Source: an uncultured virus (IMG/VR IMGVR_UViG_3300021399_000139) (taxonomy: Duplodnaviria > Heunggongvirae > Uroviricota > Caudoviricetes). From it: DNA of 20,000 bases. This document shows positions 1 to 8,897 of this stretch, one piece after another. The position numbers and the translations under genes were made by a program. Positions within the stretch are counted from its first letter, which is position 1. Each line of letters begins with the position of its first letter. Location of the stretch: the IMG/VR virus record IMGVR_UViG_3300021399_000139, one strand, 5' to 3'. The notes under the pieces were generated by a model. The model did no database searches. It worked only from the letters and a program-made list of their open reading frames with translations, and was not told the DNA's origin.

Positions 1-166
1 AACATCGTCCTAATGAAGGCATGTATGTTTGAACTTTGACTTTCCATTTAAGATGTGGTTGCCAATACTCTCCACCAGGCACATATGCCCACATAGTCCA
101 AGCACCTTTTGAAACAAAAATGTTTCTAAATGCTAAATGTGATGCATATAGTAGAGAGTTATTCAT
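1..166 (-). CDS. hypothetical protein (3' end outside window), probably near-leaderless
   Basis: ATG at 166, open to window edge (MNNSLLYASHLAFRNIFVSKGAWTMW...); starts 9 nt after the -10 box of the promoter copy at 175-205. Confidence 0.55.
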   Translation of the reverse strand, partial: MNNSLLYASHLAFRNIFVSKGAWTMWAYVPGGEYWQPHLKWKVKVQTYMPSLGRC

Positions 167-208
167 AGCAGCGCAATTTTATCAAAAAACCTAGAGTTCG
201 TTAACTAA

Positions 209-236
209 AAAGTCTAGAGAAAAATCTCTAGACTTT
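209..236. terminator. intrinsic terminator hairpin
   Basis: AAAGTCTAGAGA-aaaa-TCTCTAGACTTT inverted repeat downstream of 261..707. Confidence 0.7.
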
Positions 237-260
237 GCATTCTTCAGATATGTCTATCAA

Positions 261-707
261 TTATTTTTGGTATTTCAATTGATATGCTCCAATGTCATCT
301 ATGCTGAGTATCTTTAGATGTCCAGGTATATTCTCTTTAATTATTGCTGGACGATCACTAAACCATATTATAGGTTTTTCTTCGACTGTTGTCAAATCTA
401 CAAGTCTACGCTGTAGACTTATTTGACGGTCATTGTAGTTAGTTAGATTTCCAGTCCACCAATCTTTTTCTGGAACAACATATCTAACCAAAGTTACTGT
501 CATGTTTGATGGATTAAAGTCTACGATTCTAGAATAGTCATAGTCAATTGTTGCATATAGTGAATTGTCAGTGAAGTTTGTGACAACTAGATTTGACTTC
601 TCTGCTGTGTCATAGTCAACAAATGTCAATCCTGTTGACGTCATGCAGCCTGTCAATGCCGCTAAAGCACATATGCCAATAAGATTTTTTAATGTTTTCT
701 TGTTCAT
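261..707 (-). CDS. lipoprotein
   Basis: Basic N-terminus, hydrophobic stretch and lipobox LTG-C (MNKKTLKNLIGICALAALTGC); RBS AAGGA. Confidence 0.75.
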   Translation of the reverse strand: MNKKTLKNLIGICALAALTGCMTSTGLTFVDYDTAEKSNLVVTNFTDNSLYATIDYDYSRIVDFNPSNMTVTLVRYVVPEKDWWTGNLTNYNDRQISLQRRLVDLTTVEEKPIIWFSDRPAIIKENIPGHLKILSIDDIGAYQLKYQK

Positions 708-725
708 AATTTTGTCCTTTTAACT

Positions 726-1316
726 TTAATAACTCAAATATTTTCCTTCTAGTAGATTCTTCAAAAAATAGTCAGTGTCTAGAAATGACAATATCGCTTC
801 AAGTTTTACAACATCAACTAGAAGTAGCTCTCCATTTTCAAGCATTGGCTTGACGTTTTTGTTGAATGTCTTCTAAGTGTCAAGCAGTCTATAGTATGTC
901 TTTTTTGCTATCTACTTGAACATCTCAGACTTGAAGAAGTTGGCACGTTCTTCTACAGTCATTTCAGCTTTTGGAGAATTAGCTATCTCAACTTGCCAAA
1001 GTGCCTTGTTGTTGTCAAATCTAAGACTATATGCCATGTCATCATCAACATTTACAAGCTTGAACTAGGCTATGTAGAAATACGAAGCTTCAACATCTTG
1101 GGTCAAACTCTTCTCTAGCTCATCTTTTTCTATCAAATGCTGGCCAACATCTTCAATTTGATCAGCTATAAACTTCCAATTCTGTCCAGAAGCAGAGCCA
1201 AAACATCTGGCAGACCTTAAGTCAAGTCCAGCAAAAGGTTCATTTGACATAGTCTAGTCATCTATGTCATCAGCTTCAAAAAGCACTTTGTCAAATCTAC
1301 TTACATCTATTGCCAT
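726..1316 (-). CDS. hypothetical protein, 196 aa, with four in-frame TAG codons (amber-recoded, probably Gln)
   Basis: ATG at 1316 to TAA at 726-728 in one frame, interrupted only by TAG at 1254-1256, 1065-1067, 912-914 and 873-875; fills the intergenic gap; the track ORF 1065..1250 is an internal fragment. Confidence 0.75.
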
Positions 1317-1367
1317 AACAAGATTATTTACCTCACGTTGCAGCAAAACTTGAGGCTATGCAAAACA

Positions 1368-1389
1368 AGCCCTACTCATAAGTAGGGCT
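1368..1389 (-). terminator. intrinsic terminator
   Basis: AGCCCTACT-cata-AGTAGGGCT with T-rich tail on minus strand, after 1430..2140. Confidence 0.7.
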
Positions 1390-1429
1390 TACTTATAGCA
1401 TATGCATTGATCTAGAAAAACTTAGGCTG

Positions 1430-2140
1430 TCAATTGCCTCCTCTCTTGAGGCTGTCAATCCAACCACACAGCTGTTCAAGAGCGCTCGACAGTCGATCAT
1501 AGCCATTCTTAAGATGTTCACATTCCTTTGTCTTCTTGTCAAGTTCAGCAGCTGTGTTCTGCTGATACTCCTGCTTGCGTGCAATCTGCTCTTTTAGATC
1601 AGCATTCTCTATTCTTAGGCGAACAATCTCTTCTTCATTGCCATAGTCAATAGTCTTCTTAGGCTTGTCAACAATGTTGTCAATCTCGTCAGGTGCATTC
1701 TTTACTGGACTGCTAGCATCTGCATTTTCATTTTGCTTAGGCTGTGCACCATATGACTGTGTTACAATGTCAGCAAACATCTTGACAAGACCGTCAATAT
1801 CAATCATGCGTGCCTTTTCAGTTTTGCTAGGCTGTGGCAAGCTAGCAAAATTAGGCACCTCTAGATCAGTGTTTTCATCGATAAGCCATTCAGCATAGTC
1901 TTTACCGTCATCAGTCAACCAATAGCCAGACGTGCCATTTAGAAGTCGACCAGACTTTATTAGGCCCTTGTTGCGCAGATTGTAGAATAGATTAGTTAAA
2001 GCCTTCTTGTCCTTTGCAATTCCATAGGCTATTGCGTCATCAATACAGCTTGCTATTGTCAACGTCTTAGTTGTTGCGCATTCATGCGAATACATGTAGA
2101 TAAGTAGCTTGTTCTTCTTAGTGAGATCATTCCAAGTCAT
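1430..2140 (-). CDS. winged-helix DNA-binding protein with C-terminal coiled coil
   Basis: LFYNLRNKGLIKS...GYWLTDDGKDYA wHTH-type wing motif; heptad-rich C-terminus; RBS AAGGAG. Confidence 0.65.
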   Translation of the reverse strand: MTWNDLTKKNKLLIYMYSHECATTKTLTIASCIDDAIAYGIAKDKKALTNLFYNLRNKGLIKSGRLLNGTSGYWLTDDGKDYAEWLIDENTDLEVPNFASLPQPSKTEKARMIDIDGLVKMFADIVTQSYGAQPKQNENADASSPVKNAPDEIDNIVDKPKKTIDYGNEEEIVRLRIENADLKEQIARKQEYQQNTAAELDKKTKECEHLKNGYDRLSSALEQLCGWIDSLKRGGN

Positions 2141-2202
2141 TTTGTCTCCTTTTTAGTTTGTTGTTTAATTTGCTGTTTGCCAAAAACTTTAGGCTATTGA
2201 TA

Positions 2203-2880
2203 TTAGACAAACTCCCACTTCTTATGGAGAATTCGGTCAACAGCGACAGTCTTCTTTGTACGAGTGCCATAGTCCTTCTCAAGAAGGATGTTCTTGCTAG
2301 TCACATGGGCAATTGTGTCATAGATTGGCTCCTTCTTCCAATTGTACCCAATGCGAAGCTTAGTTCCAACAACAAGCTTAGACTCAATCTCTTTGATGTT
2401 CTGAAAATACTCTTGCTCTTTGCGTTCACGTTCCATCTTCTCAAGCTCATAGCGAGCTTTATTGTATGCCCTGTATGCAGCTTTGTAGGCGCTTTCATCA
2501 AGAGCATCAAACCTCTTCTGGAGAGTCTTCAAACTAGAAGCAAGAGCTCCAGCAACAAGGTAGTAGTCAATAGCTGACTGGTCATTGCAGTCAAATGACC
2601 CAAACGTGCAGGTGTTCAGCTCAACTCTGCGCTTCTCGTCTTTGCTTTCCCAAGGAATGCGGAAGGAGATATCAATAGTACGGTTATGGCAGCTATGACA
2701 AGGGACAACAACTTCAGCAGACTCAAGACCATGCATCTTAAGAGAAGAAATATTGTCAATCTTCATCTCAGACATCACGCCAGAGATTATTGCTTGCATT
2801 TTGGCTTGAAGAGCATCTCGCTCAGCAAGATATGGCACCTTGAGCGATTCAACTTCTGCAAGAAGGGTGGCGTGGTCCAT
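2203..2880 (-). CDS. hypothetical protein (start corrected to MDHATLL)
   Basis: RBS AAGGAG before ATG 2880; the longer track start runs through the promoter. Confidence 0.8.
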   Translation of the reverse strand: MDHATLLAEVESLKVPYLAERDALQAKMQAIISGVMSEMKIDNISSLKMHGLESAEVVVPCHSCHNRTIDISFRIPWESKDEKRRVELNTCTFGSFDCNDQSAIDYYLVAGALASSLKTLQKRFDALDESAYKAAYRAYNKARYELEKMERERKEQEYFQNIKEIESKLVVGTKLRIGYNWKKEPIYDTIAHVTSKNILLEKDYGTRTKKTVAVDRILHKKWEFV

Positions 2881-2963
2881 CTGTTTTCTCCTTTGTTTGG
2901 TGGTTGTTGACAGTTGAATTATATCAAAAAGCCTAGAGTCTGTTAACTCTAGAACTGCAGATG

Positions 2964-3272
2964 TCAACTTGTTTCAAAGTTCCAGTCGAATCCAAGTGCA
3001 GACACATCAATTGAAATCTCAATCTTCACTGGAATGCTTGTCAATGAGTTCTTGTCTTCAAGATACTCCCAATAGCAAGTCTTCCAAAACTCAAGCGCAG
3101 TCTCTTTAGACTCAAACAAGTTGTCATATACACCCTCCTCCAACGGCGTGTCATGCACTACGCCATATCTTGTCCCTTCTGCAGTCTTATAGAAACCAAG
3201 AAAGTACTTGCGTCCTTTACGGTCGATAAGGCCAACTGTCCATCCTTTGAATGTCTGTTTCATAGTGCTCAC
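2964..3272 (-). CDS. hypothetical protein (alternative ATG at 3263)
   Basis: Co-oriented ORF overlapping upstream stop; GAGGAG upstream. Confidence 0.7.
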   Translation of the reverse strand: MSTMKQTFKGWTVGLIDRKGRKYFLGFYKTAEGTRYGVVHDTPLEEGVYDNLFESKETALEFWKTCYWEYLEDKNSLTSIPVKIEISIDVSALGFDWNFETS

Positions 3273-3502
3273 TTGCTCCTCTTCAGGCGGTCATGTTCAA
3301 TTGCGTACTGCATGTACTTGTTGATTGCGTTGTCAAGCTCTTCCCACCACTTGTCTTCAAGCTCAGGCTCTGTCTCATTCCTGATCTTAATCACTGCTTT
3401 GTACACCGCAGCATTCAGCTCAGCATCAGGAGCAAGCAGCTCCTCAAGCTCCTCTTCACGAGTCTTGGCTTCTAATGCAATTACTGAGTCAATCTTGACC
3501 AT
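3269..3502 (-). CDS. small acidic hypothetical protein
   Basis: RBS AAGGAG; Glu-rich helical sequence. Confidence 0.75.
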   Translation of the reverse strand: MVKIDSVIALEAKTREEELEELLAPDAELNAAVYKAVIKIRNETEPELEDKWWEELDNAINKYMQYAIEHDRLKRSK

Positions 3503-3520
3503 AGGAGTTGTTCTCCTTTC

Positions 3521-3715
3521 TCAAACTATGTTGTTGCAAGACACTGCTGGAGCATTAGCATTAGCGGGCTCATACTGCTTCTTGTTGTATGCTGACATTG
3601 CATCAAGCGTCTGCTGCAGCTCTTCAGCGTCTTTAGCGTAGATCATCTGTCCATTTAGGTCACACCAAGCGCAATTGCCATCTTGATGGATGTACACTTT
3701 GACTGTCTTCATCAT
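3521..3715 (-). CDS. hypothetical protein
   Basis: RBS AAGGAG; co-oriented. Confidence 0.75.
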   Translation of the reverse strand: MMKTVKVYIHQDGNCAWCDLNGQMIYAKDAEELQQTLDAMSAYNKKQYEPANANAPAVSCNNIV

Positions 3716-3750
3716 TGCTTCTCCTTTAAGTTCTTTTGCTCTGTTTTTTG

Positions 3751-3993
3751 TTATCTCAATGCTCTGATTTCTACATCATCAGCAAACAACTCTTTAGCGG
3801 GTTTAGATGACACAAGATGCACTATGTCAGTGTAGAATCCAGATGCTCCATCACTTGGCTCTCCACAGTTCACTAAGTCAAGAATTTCATTAGTTGTCTC
3901 TTTCTCAATGACTTGATACAGCTTTCCTTTTCTGAGAATCAAGACATGGTCATCTTTAGTGTCTTCAACGTGTGTGAATAGTTTTCTAGACAT
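3751..3993 (-). CDS. hypothetical protein
   Basis: Follows promoter copy 4030-4060. Confidence 0.7.
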   Translation of the reverse strand: MSRKLFTHVEDTKDDHVLILRKGKLYQVIEKETTNEILDLVNCGEPSDGASGFYTDIVHLVSSKPAKELFADDVEIRALR

Positions 3994-4080
3994 AGATATA
4001 ATCTTTCTTTAGTTGTTTGTTGACAGCGGAATTATATCAAAAAGCCTAGAGTCTGTTAACTCTAGGCTCAACTTATGTTG

Positions 4081-4545
4081 TCATACCCACTTTATTGTCC
4101 AATGCCATTTGAACCGTGCCATCTTCTCTTCACAGCCTCGCCAATTGTACTTCAAGCTAACTGTGTCATCTATGCCATCTATCTCAATTTGACCAATGGC
4201 TTTGAATGTTGTTGGGGCTTTTATCCAATGCTCTCCAGTCACTTCTGCATCAGGAACCTGTCTTGAAGATGGTCTATGGACTTTGTTTGCCTTGAATAGA
4301 CTATTGAGATCAAGAGGCACATGGACCCAAAACTTCAATCCACGTGGGCATGAGATTGAGTCAGCAAGAGATGACACTGCACCATCAATAGATGTAGACA
4401 CGCATATACGAGGGACTTTCCAGTCTTCACCTTCCATGACACGCATCTTGTCCATTTGCCGCGGCTCAAGAGTCTTGCCATCTATGTTCTCTTCAGACAG
4501 ATGGAATAGCTTGAATGGCTTGTCAAAATGGCGCTTGCTGTCCAT
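4081..4545 (-). CDS. putative ADP-ribosyltransferase-fold protein
   Basis: LFHLS ... PRICVSTSIDGA ... VPDAEVTGEHW pattern resembles ART strand-1 His, strand-2 motif and terminal catalytic Glu; start MDSKRH inferred. Confidence 0.5.
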   Translation of the reverse strand: MDSKRHFDKPFKLFHLSEENIDGKTLEPRQMDKMRVMEGEDWKVPRICVSTSIDGAVSSLADSISCPRGLKFWVHVPLDLNSLFKANKVHRPSSRQVPDAEVTGEHWIKAPTTFKAIGQIEIDGIDDTVSLKYNWRGCEEKMARFKWHWTIKWV

Positions 4546-4559
4546 TTGGTAATGTCGTC

Positions 4560-4802
4560 TTACCGTTGGTTGCTGCAGAAGCCATGATACGTGCAATTGA
4601 ACCCTACTTCACAATACCGGCACAGGCCAAAGTCAGTGTTGCATATAGGTAGTTTGCCAGCTTCGCGCTTTTGGTACGCATTCACAAAATTACTATACAC
4701 ATGCGCAGAGCCAGTCTCTATGAGGTACTTGCTGAGCCACGACCAGTCAGATGGGGTCATCGTCAGGTCTTTCATCTTCTGCGTTATGCCGTAGTAAGTC
4801 AT
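4560..4802 (-). CDS. hypothetical Cys-rich protein
   Basis: Follows promoter 4835-4865; C-terminal Cys cluster. Confidence 0.7.
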   Translation of the reverse strand: MTYYGITQKMKDLTMTPSDWSWLSKYLIETGSAHVYSNFVNAYQKREAGKLPICNTDFGLCRYCEVGFNCTYHGFCSNQR

Positions 4803-4850
4803 TTGTTTTCTCTTTTAAGTTCTACTGACAGTCGAATTATATCAAAAAGC

Positions 4851-5171
4851 CTAGACTTTGTTAACCAATGGAGTTAGACCATGCAAGTCTGCTGTTATGT
4901 GCAGCTCATCAAGCGAGTCAGATATGGCCAATGCTATTTGCTTGTCATAAGGATCTGAACAAATTTCAAGTACTACCCCATACAATACATATAGTTCTTT
5001 GTCAAGACTGTTGTATATCTTGCTTATTGTTAGACTGTCAAAGCAGAGAAAGTTTAAAGACCACCCTCTTAAGAAGTCTAATATTGTGAACTTCTCAATC
5101 TCATATCTATAGTATTCTTTAAAATTGCTGTTGTTGAAATCTATGCTAGTGAATATCATATTGTACTGCAC
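4851..5171 (-). CDS. hypothetical protein (GTG start; ends at TAG, or 3 codons later at TGA if read through)
   Basis: Fills gap; AT-rich; weak RBS. Confidence 0.55.
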   Translation of the reverse strand: MQYNMIFTSIDFNNSNFKEYYRYEIEKFTILDFLRGWSLNFLCFDSLTISKIYNSLDKELYVLYGVVLEICSDPYDKQIALAISDSLDELHITADLHGLTPLVNKV

Positions 5172-5198
5172 CCAAAAAGCTTAGGCTATACCATTAAA

Positions 5199-5221
5199 GC
5201 TGAGAAGGAATCCTTCTCAGC
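5199..5221 (-). terminator. intrinsic terminator
   Basis: GCTGAGAAGGA/TCCTTCTCAGC hairpin followed by TTT on minus strand. Confidence 0.65.
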
Positions 5222-5266
5222 CACTTGACTACTCCAAAGTCAAGATTTTTGTCAACCAACTAGGAG

Positions 5267-5836
5267 TTATGCAAATTCATTTACTTTCTTCTCAGCATTG
5301 TCAAACTCATACTTCATCTCTTCTTCATCTACGCAGACAGGGATGCTAGTTCCACCTACCTCATCATAGTGAAGGTCAATCTCTTCGCCAAGGTTGTCAT
5401 ATACAGCTTCTGCTCCATATATTCCAAAACGAGCATCAACGCTCATCCACATACGCTGCTTCTCATCCCACTTCTCAACGATGATGCCATACACATGGCC
5501 ATTGTACCAGTCTTCATAGAGGCGGTGCTCAATCTCAGCAAACTCCTTGAGCTTCGGAAGAGTCCAGTAGGAAGGGTCTTCAGCAACCATCTCCTTGCAG
5601 CGCTCAGCTGTCGTGAAGAACCAGATAGACTCATGTCCATACGGCTGGAACTTCCACTTGTAGAGAGCATTCTCAGGGATGTGGTCTTCGTCTTCAGCCT
5701 TCTCAAAGACAAGGTCTTCATTGTCGCAAGGCTCACGAGGACTGGTCTCACGCACAATCCTAATACGGTAGTCAGCAAGACGGACTTTGTCAGAGTTTTT
5801 GAGGTAGATGCGGATGTCATTGGACTGCTTGCTCAT
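5267..5836 (-). CDS. hypothetical phage protein
   Basis: Promoter 5874-5904, RBS AAGGAG; WYNGHVYG...FGIYG motif. Confidence 0.85.
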   Translation of the reverse strand: MSKQSNDIRIYLKNSDKVRLADYRIRIVRETSPREPCDNEDLVFEKAEDEDHIPENALYKWKFQPYGHESIWFFTTAERCKEMVAEDPSYWTLPKLKEFAEIEHRLYEDWYNGHVYGIIVEKWDEKQRMWMSVDARFGIYGAEAVYDNLGEEIDLHYDEVGGTSIPVCVDEEEMKYEFDNAEKKVNEFA

Positions 5837-5916
5837 TTGCTTTCTCCTTTAGTTTAGGTTGATTGACATGACTAATTATATCAAAAGTCTAGAGATTTGT
5901 TAACTCATTGCTTTCT

Positions 5917-6306
5917 TCAAATAAATGCCATCATACCATTTGTCGCCTTTACAAGTGGAGTCGAAGAATGAATTTTGCCATAGTCTTCTTCTGACATCCC
6001 AGGACCACCGATAAATGTATAAATAGCTTTCGCAAGTTGATCCACTTTCGCTCCATCAACCCCACGAACTCGTATCTCAAACACTGCCGATTCAGACTCG
6101 TCTTCATCACACTGTATACCAATAGTCTCCTCGTATATTGGCTCCTTGCTGATAATCGAGCGGGCCTCGTCATCACCACCCAGTCCTGTGCATTTGACAG
6201 CTTTAGCGATCGCCTCTTCGTCCGACTGTGCCTCGATCTGCGACGCAAATGCTGTTGGACGGACACGGACAGTGTATAGATTCAAGTTTTCAACTTTGTT
6301 TGCCAT
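5917..6306 (-). CDS. hypothetical protein (start corrected to MANKVEN)
   Basis: RBS AAGGAG before ATG 6306; promoter 6340-6370. Confidence 0.8.
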   Translation of the reverse strand: MANKVENLNLYTVRVRPTAFASQIEAQSDEEAIAKAVKCTGLGGDDEARSIISKEPIYEETIGIQCDEDESESAVFEIRVRGVDGAKVDQLAKAIYTFIGGPGMSEEDYGKIHSSTPLVKATNGMMAFI

Positions 6307-6397
6307 GTTGCTTTCTCCTTTAGGTTTGGCTGACAATTAAATTATATCAAAAGACTAGCAGTACGTTAACTAAAAGTTAAGCATTCAAATGCTTAGG

Positions 6398-6643
6398 CTA
6401 TGCATTTGTCTCTATGTCCATGTCAATCTGCTTTATGTCATGGACATATATGTGTGGAGTCAACATGTGGCGAGATGCAAACACCCGCTGAGCTTCCATC
6501 AAGTGGCTAGCTAGGACAAAGGCTTCTTGCATCTCATCTAAGTTGAAGGTCACTTTGCCTTCTTTAGGGTCGATGAACGAACCAAGCACATACCTAACTC
6601 TAAATACATGCTTTGGCGGCTTCTTCTTGAATATGTTGAACAT
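6398..6643 (-). CDS. hypothetical protein
   Basis: Co-oriented ORF; ends at TAG (TAA 7 codons later). Confidence 0.7.
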   Translation of the reverse strand: MFNIFKKKPPKHVFRVRYVLGSFIDPKEGKVTFNLDEMQEAFVLASHLMEAQRVFASRHMLTPHIYVHDIKQIDMDIETNA

Positions 6644-6655
6644 AGTCTTCTCTAT

Positions 6656-6961
6656 TTAATACTTCTTCAGTTTGCCATCACGAGTGAACTTAGTCTGGAC
6701 AAGCTTGCCATTGACATACCGCCAAAACGTAGCTTTAGGGTCAACCATTCCATCAAAACGGGCAATGCCTATTGCTGCGCGCGCTTCACGCTTAGCTTGA
6801 GCCACAGAAGTAAATGGTGTCCCAATGAGGTAGTCATTATAAGGACCATCGGTGCACAAGAGGTCTTTTCCATCCATTAGATAAGACTCGCCATTCTTGT
6901 CATGGTTCCACCAAGCTACAGAACCATCATCATCTGAGTGGACTCTAATGTAGATTTCCAT
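6656..6961 (-). CDS. hypothetical protein
   Basis: Promoter 6994-7024, RBS AAGGA. Confidence 0.8.
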   Translation of the reverse strand: MEIYIRVHSDDDGSVAWWNHDKNGESYLMDGKDLLCTDGPYNDYLIGTPFTSVAQAKREARAAIGIARFDGMVDPKATFWRYVNGKLVQTKFTRDGKLKKY

Positions 6962-7045
6962 TTGCGCTGTCCTTTAGGTTTAGTTGACAGCATAATTATA
7001 TCAAATGTCTAGAGATTTGTTAACTTACTGTGGCACCATAAAAAC

Positions 7046-7636
7046 CTACAAGAACTTATATGCCTTCTTGCCAAGACGCTTCAGCTCAGCCTCAATCTTC
7101 ATGGCAAGATCGCACTCCTTTACCATGTAAGGGTAGATGTCAATGCCGACGTTGACATTGAGGACATCACAGCTGTTGTCGAGCTTGAAAGCCCACTTGT
7201 CATGCACATGGCCACAGATATTGACATACACATAATGCTTTGTTGCGACGAGCGGAAATAACATTGCTTCTTGGCTGAATGACGGATAGTGCTGGACAAT
7301 GCAGTCAATCTTGCCAACTTTTCGGAGCAAGACCTTGCCAGCAGTGCTGCAGCGGTTGTTCTCGTCGTGGTTGCCTTCAAGGAGAACTACGTTGGCTGTA
7401 ATCTGGCTGAGCGCGTCTTTTGCAGATATCTGGTCTTCACGCACGCCGGTGCCGCGGTCAAGGCCACGCTGGATGAAGTCACCAACATGGATGATAGTGT
7501 CAGACTTCAGCTTAGCGCGCTGGTTTGCCTGCTTGATGTAGACCTCAGACATGCGCTTAGCTGACTTGAAAGGCCGCTTGCAGACCTTGAGGATCAGCTC
7601 GTCATTGAGGTGCCAGTCTGATGTGAAGAAGTCCAT
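7046..7636 (-). CDS. calcineurin-like metallophosphoesterase
   Basis: All five motifs present: SDWH, VGD, GNHDE, HYP, GHVH. Confidence 0.9.
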   Translation of the reverse strand: MDFFTSDWHLNDELILKVCKRPFKSAKRMSEVYIKQANQRAKLKSDTIIHVGDFIQRGLDRGTGVREDQISAKDALSQITANVVLLEGNHDENNRCSTAGKVLLRKVGKIDCIVQHYPSFSQEAMLFPLVATKHYVYVNICGHVHDKWAFKLDNSCDVLNVNVGIDIYPYMVKECDLAMKIEAELKRLGKKAYKFL

Positions 7637-7647
7637 TGCTCAGTCCT

Positions 7648-7833
7648 TTAAACCAAGTCTACAATGACAGACTTGCCACCTGCAGTTATCTTAAGACGGG
7701 CTTTAGTCTCACCACTGTCAATGCGCGTGCTAATCTTGCTAGCAGTGAAGTCTAAACTGCAGCTGCTAGGGTCAACCTGGTACTTGACTCCATTTATCTC
7801 AAAATAAAGTTCCATTGACATGTCCATTGTCAT
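7648..7833 (-). CDS. hypothetical protein
   Basis: Promoter 7860-7890, RBS GAGGAG. Confidence 0.7.
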   Translation of the reverse strand: MTMDMSMELYFEINGVKYQVDPSSCSLDFTASKISTRIDSGETKARLKITAGGKSVIVDLV

Positions 7834-7889
7834 TCTCCTCTAAGTTTTGTTGACAGTCTAATTATATCAAAAGCCTAGGAATTTGTTAA

Positions 7890-8111
7890 CTATGGCATGA
7901 CTTCACCAAGCTCAGGCTTGCGCTGCCACGTATTGCCATATTCAGTTGTGTAGCCTAGCTCAACGCCATCACTGTGGTTGATGTGGAGCTCTCTAAGCTT
8001 CTTCTCACACATCCTGATGCAAGTGTCCATAGACTGGTACTTCTTGCTCTGGAATGTCTGGCGCTTTGGAAGGTGAATCACAAAGTAGAAGTCATGCATG
8101 TCATTGTCCAT
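7890..8111 (-). CDS. hypothetical protein, paralog of 14147..14389
   Basis: Shared pattern YxxxxxCxxxC...N..D.V.L..T...G..W. Confidence 0.7.
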   Translation of the reverse strand: MDNDMHDFYFVIHLPKRQTFQSKKYQSMDTCIRMCEKKLRELHINHSDGVELGYTTEYGNTWQRKPELGEVMP

Positions 8112-8176
8112 AGCTCTTCATTCACTTAATGGTTGACAAAGAGATTATATCAAAGACATCAAGGCTTTGTTAACTT

Positions 8177-8377
8177 TCAATCTTTAGTTGCAACTATAAA
8201 AAGAACTATCAGTGACAAGATGACTAAAGCTGCAGGAATCCACAGAGGACTCAGAACCCACCACCATGACCATTCTGCTACAGGTCCAATCTGTGCAAGC
8301 TTCAGTGCGATGAACACTATTGCAAGTAGACCACAAAAGCTGACTCCACCTGACCTAAACGTCTTTTTCTCACTCAT
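8177..8377 (-). CDS. small membrane protein with two TM helices
   Basis: LLAIVFIALKL...WSWWWVLSPLW; promoter 8430-8460. Confidence 0.8.
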   Translation of the reverse strand: MSEKKTFRSGGVSFCGLLAIVFIALKLAQIGPVAEWSWWWVLSPLWIPAALVILSLIVLFIVATKD

Positions 8378-8461
8378 TTTTTGTATTTCCTTTTTATTTC
8401 ACGAATAAATTTGATTAATTGACACAACTAATTATATCAAATGTCTAGAATTTTGTTAACT

Positions 8462-8635
8462 TCAACAATTAAACATCTCCTCTTGCTCTCTAGTCATCTT
8501 CTTAATGTAGCAAGAGTCTTTACAACCTTCAGCTCGAAGCTTAGACCTAATCTCCATAGCATAAGACTTAGCTTCATCTTTAGTGTCACATACGGAATCG
8601 AGTCCATCATCTACAAACACTGCATACTTAGACAT
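8462..8635 (-). CDS. hypothetical protein (start corrected to MSKYAVF)
   Basis: GAGG RBS; ATG directly after upstream stop. Confidence 0.65.
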   Translation of the reverse strand: MSKYAVFVDDGLDSVCDTKDEAKSYAMEIRSKLRAEGCKDSCYIKKMTREQEEMFNC

Positions 8636-8636
8636 T

Positions 8637-8840
8637 TCATCGCCTCTTTCCATGCAGTCTATTGTGCTTAGCTTCCTTCTTGAGGAGTGCCTTGAACTTC
8701 TTGTCATTGGCACAGATTTCAGGGTCTTGCCGCCTAGCTATAGCATCACGTCGGCTCTTAGACCTTTCAAGGTTGTTCCTATTCATTCGATTGCTCTTCT
8801 TAGGAGCTTTGCCAAATCCTCGATACCTCATCTCTTTCAT
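8637..8840 (-). CDS. small highly basic protein
   Basis: Promoter 8872-8902, RBS AAGGAG; Arg/Lys-rich. Confidence 0.75.
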   Translation of the reverse strand: MKEMRYRGFGKAPKKSNRMNRNNLERSKSRRDAIARRQDPEICANDKKFKALLKKEAKHNRLHGKRR

Positions 8841-8897
8841 TGCCTTCTCCTTTAAATTTGGCTGACAGTAGAATTATATCAAAAGCCTAGAAGTCTG

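Noticed and set aside
726..1316. Pseudogene interpretation
   Set aside because: All four interruptions are TAG with no frameshifts or TAA/TGA, which fits recoding better; not fully excluded.
2905..2935. TTGACA in the leader as an opposite-strand -35 box
   Set aside because: No -10 hexamer 16-18 bp downstream in the copies inspected.
2880..2967. N-terminal extensions in the ORF track (also 10168-10240, 6306-6336, 17375-17402)
   Set aside because: They translate promoter/leader DNA (FDII..ST..KQRR); the true starts follow the AAGGAG RBS.
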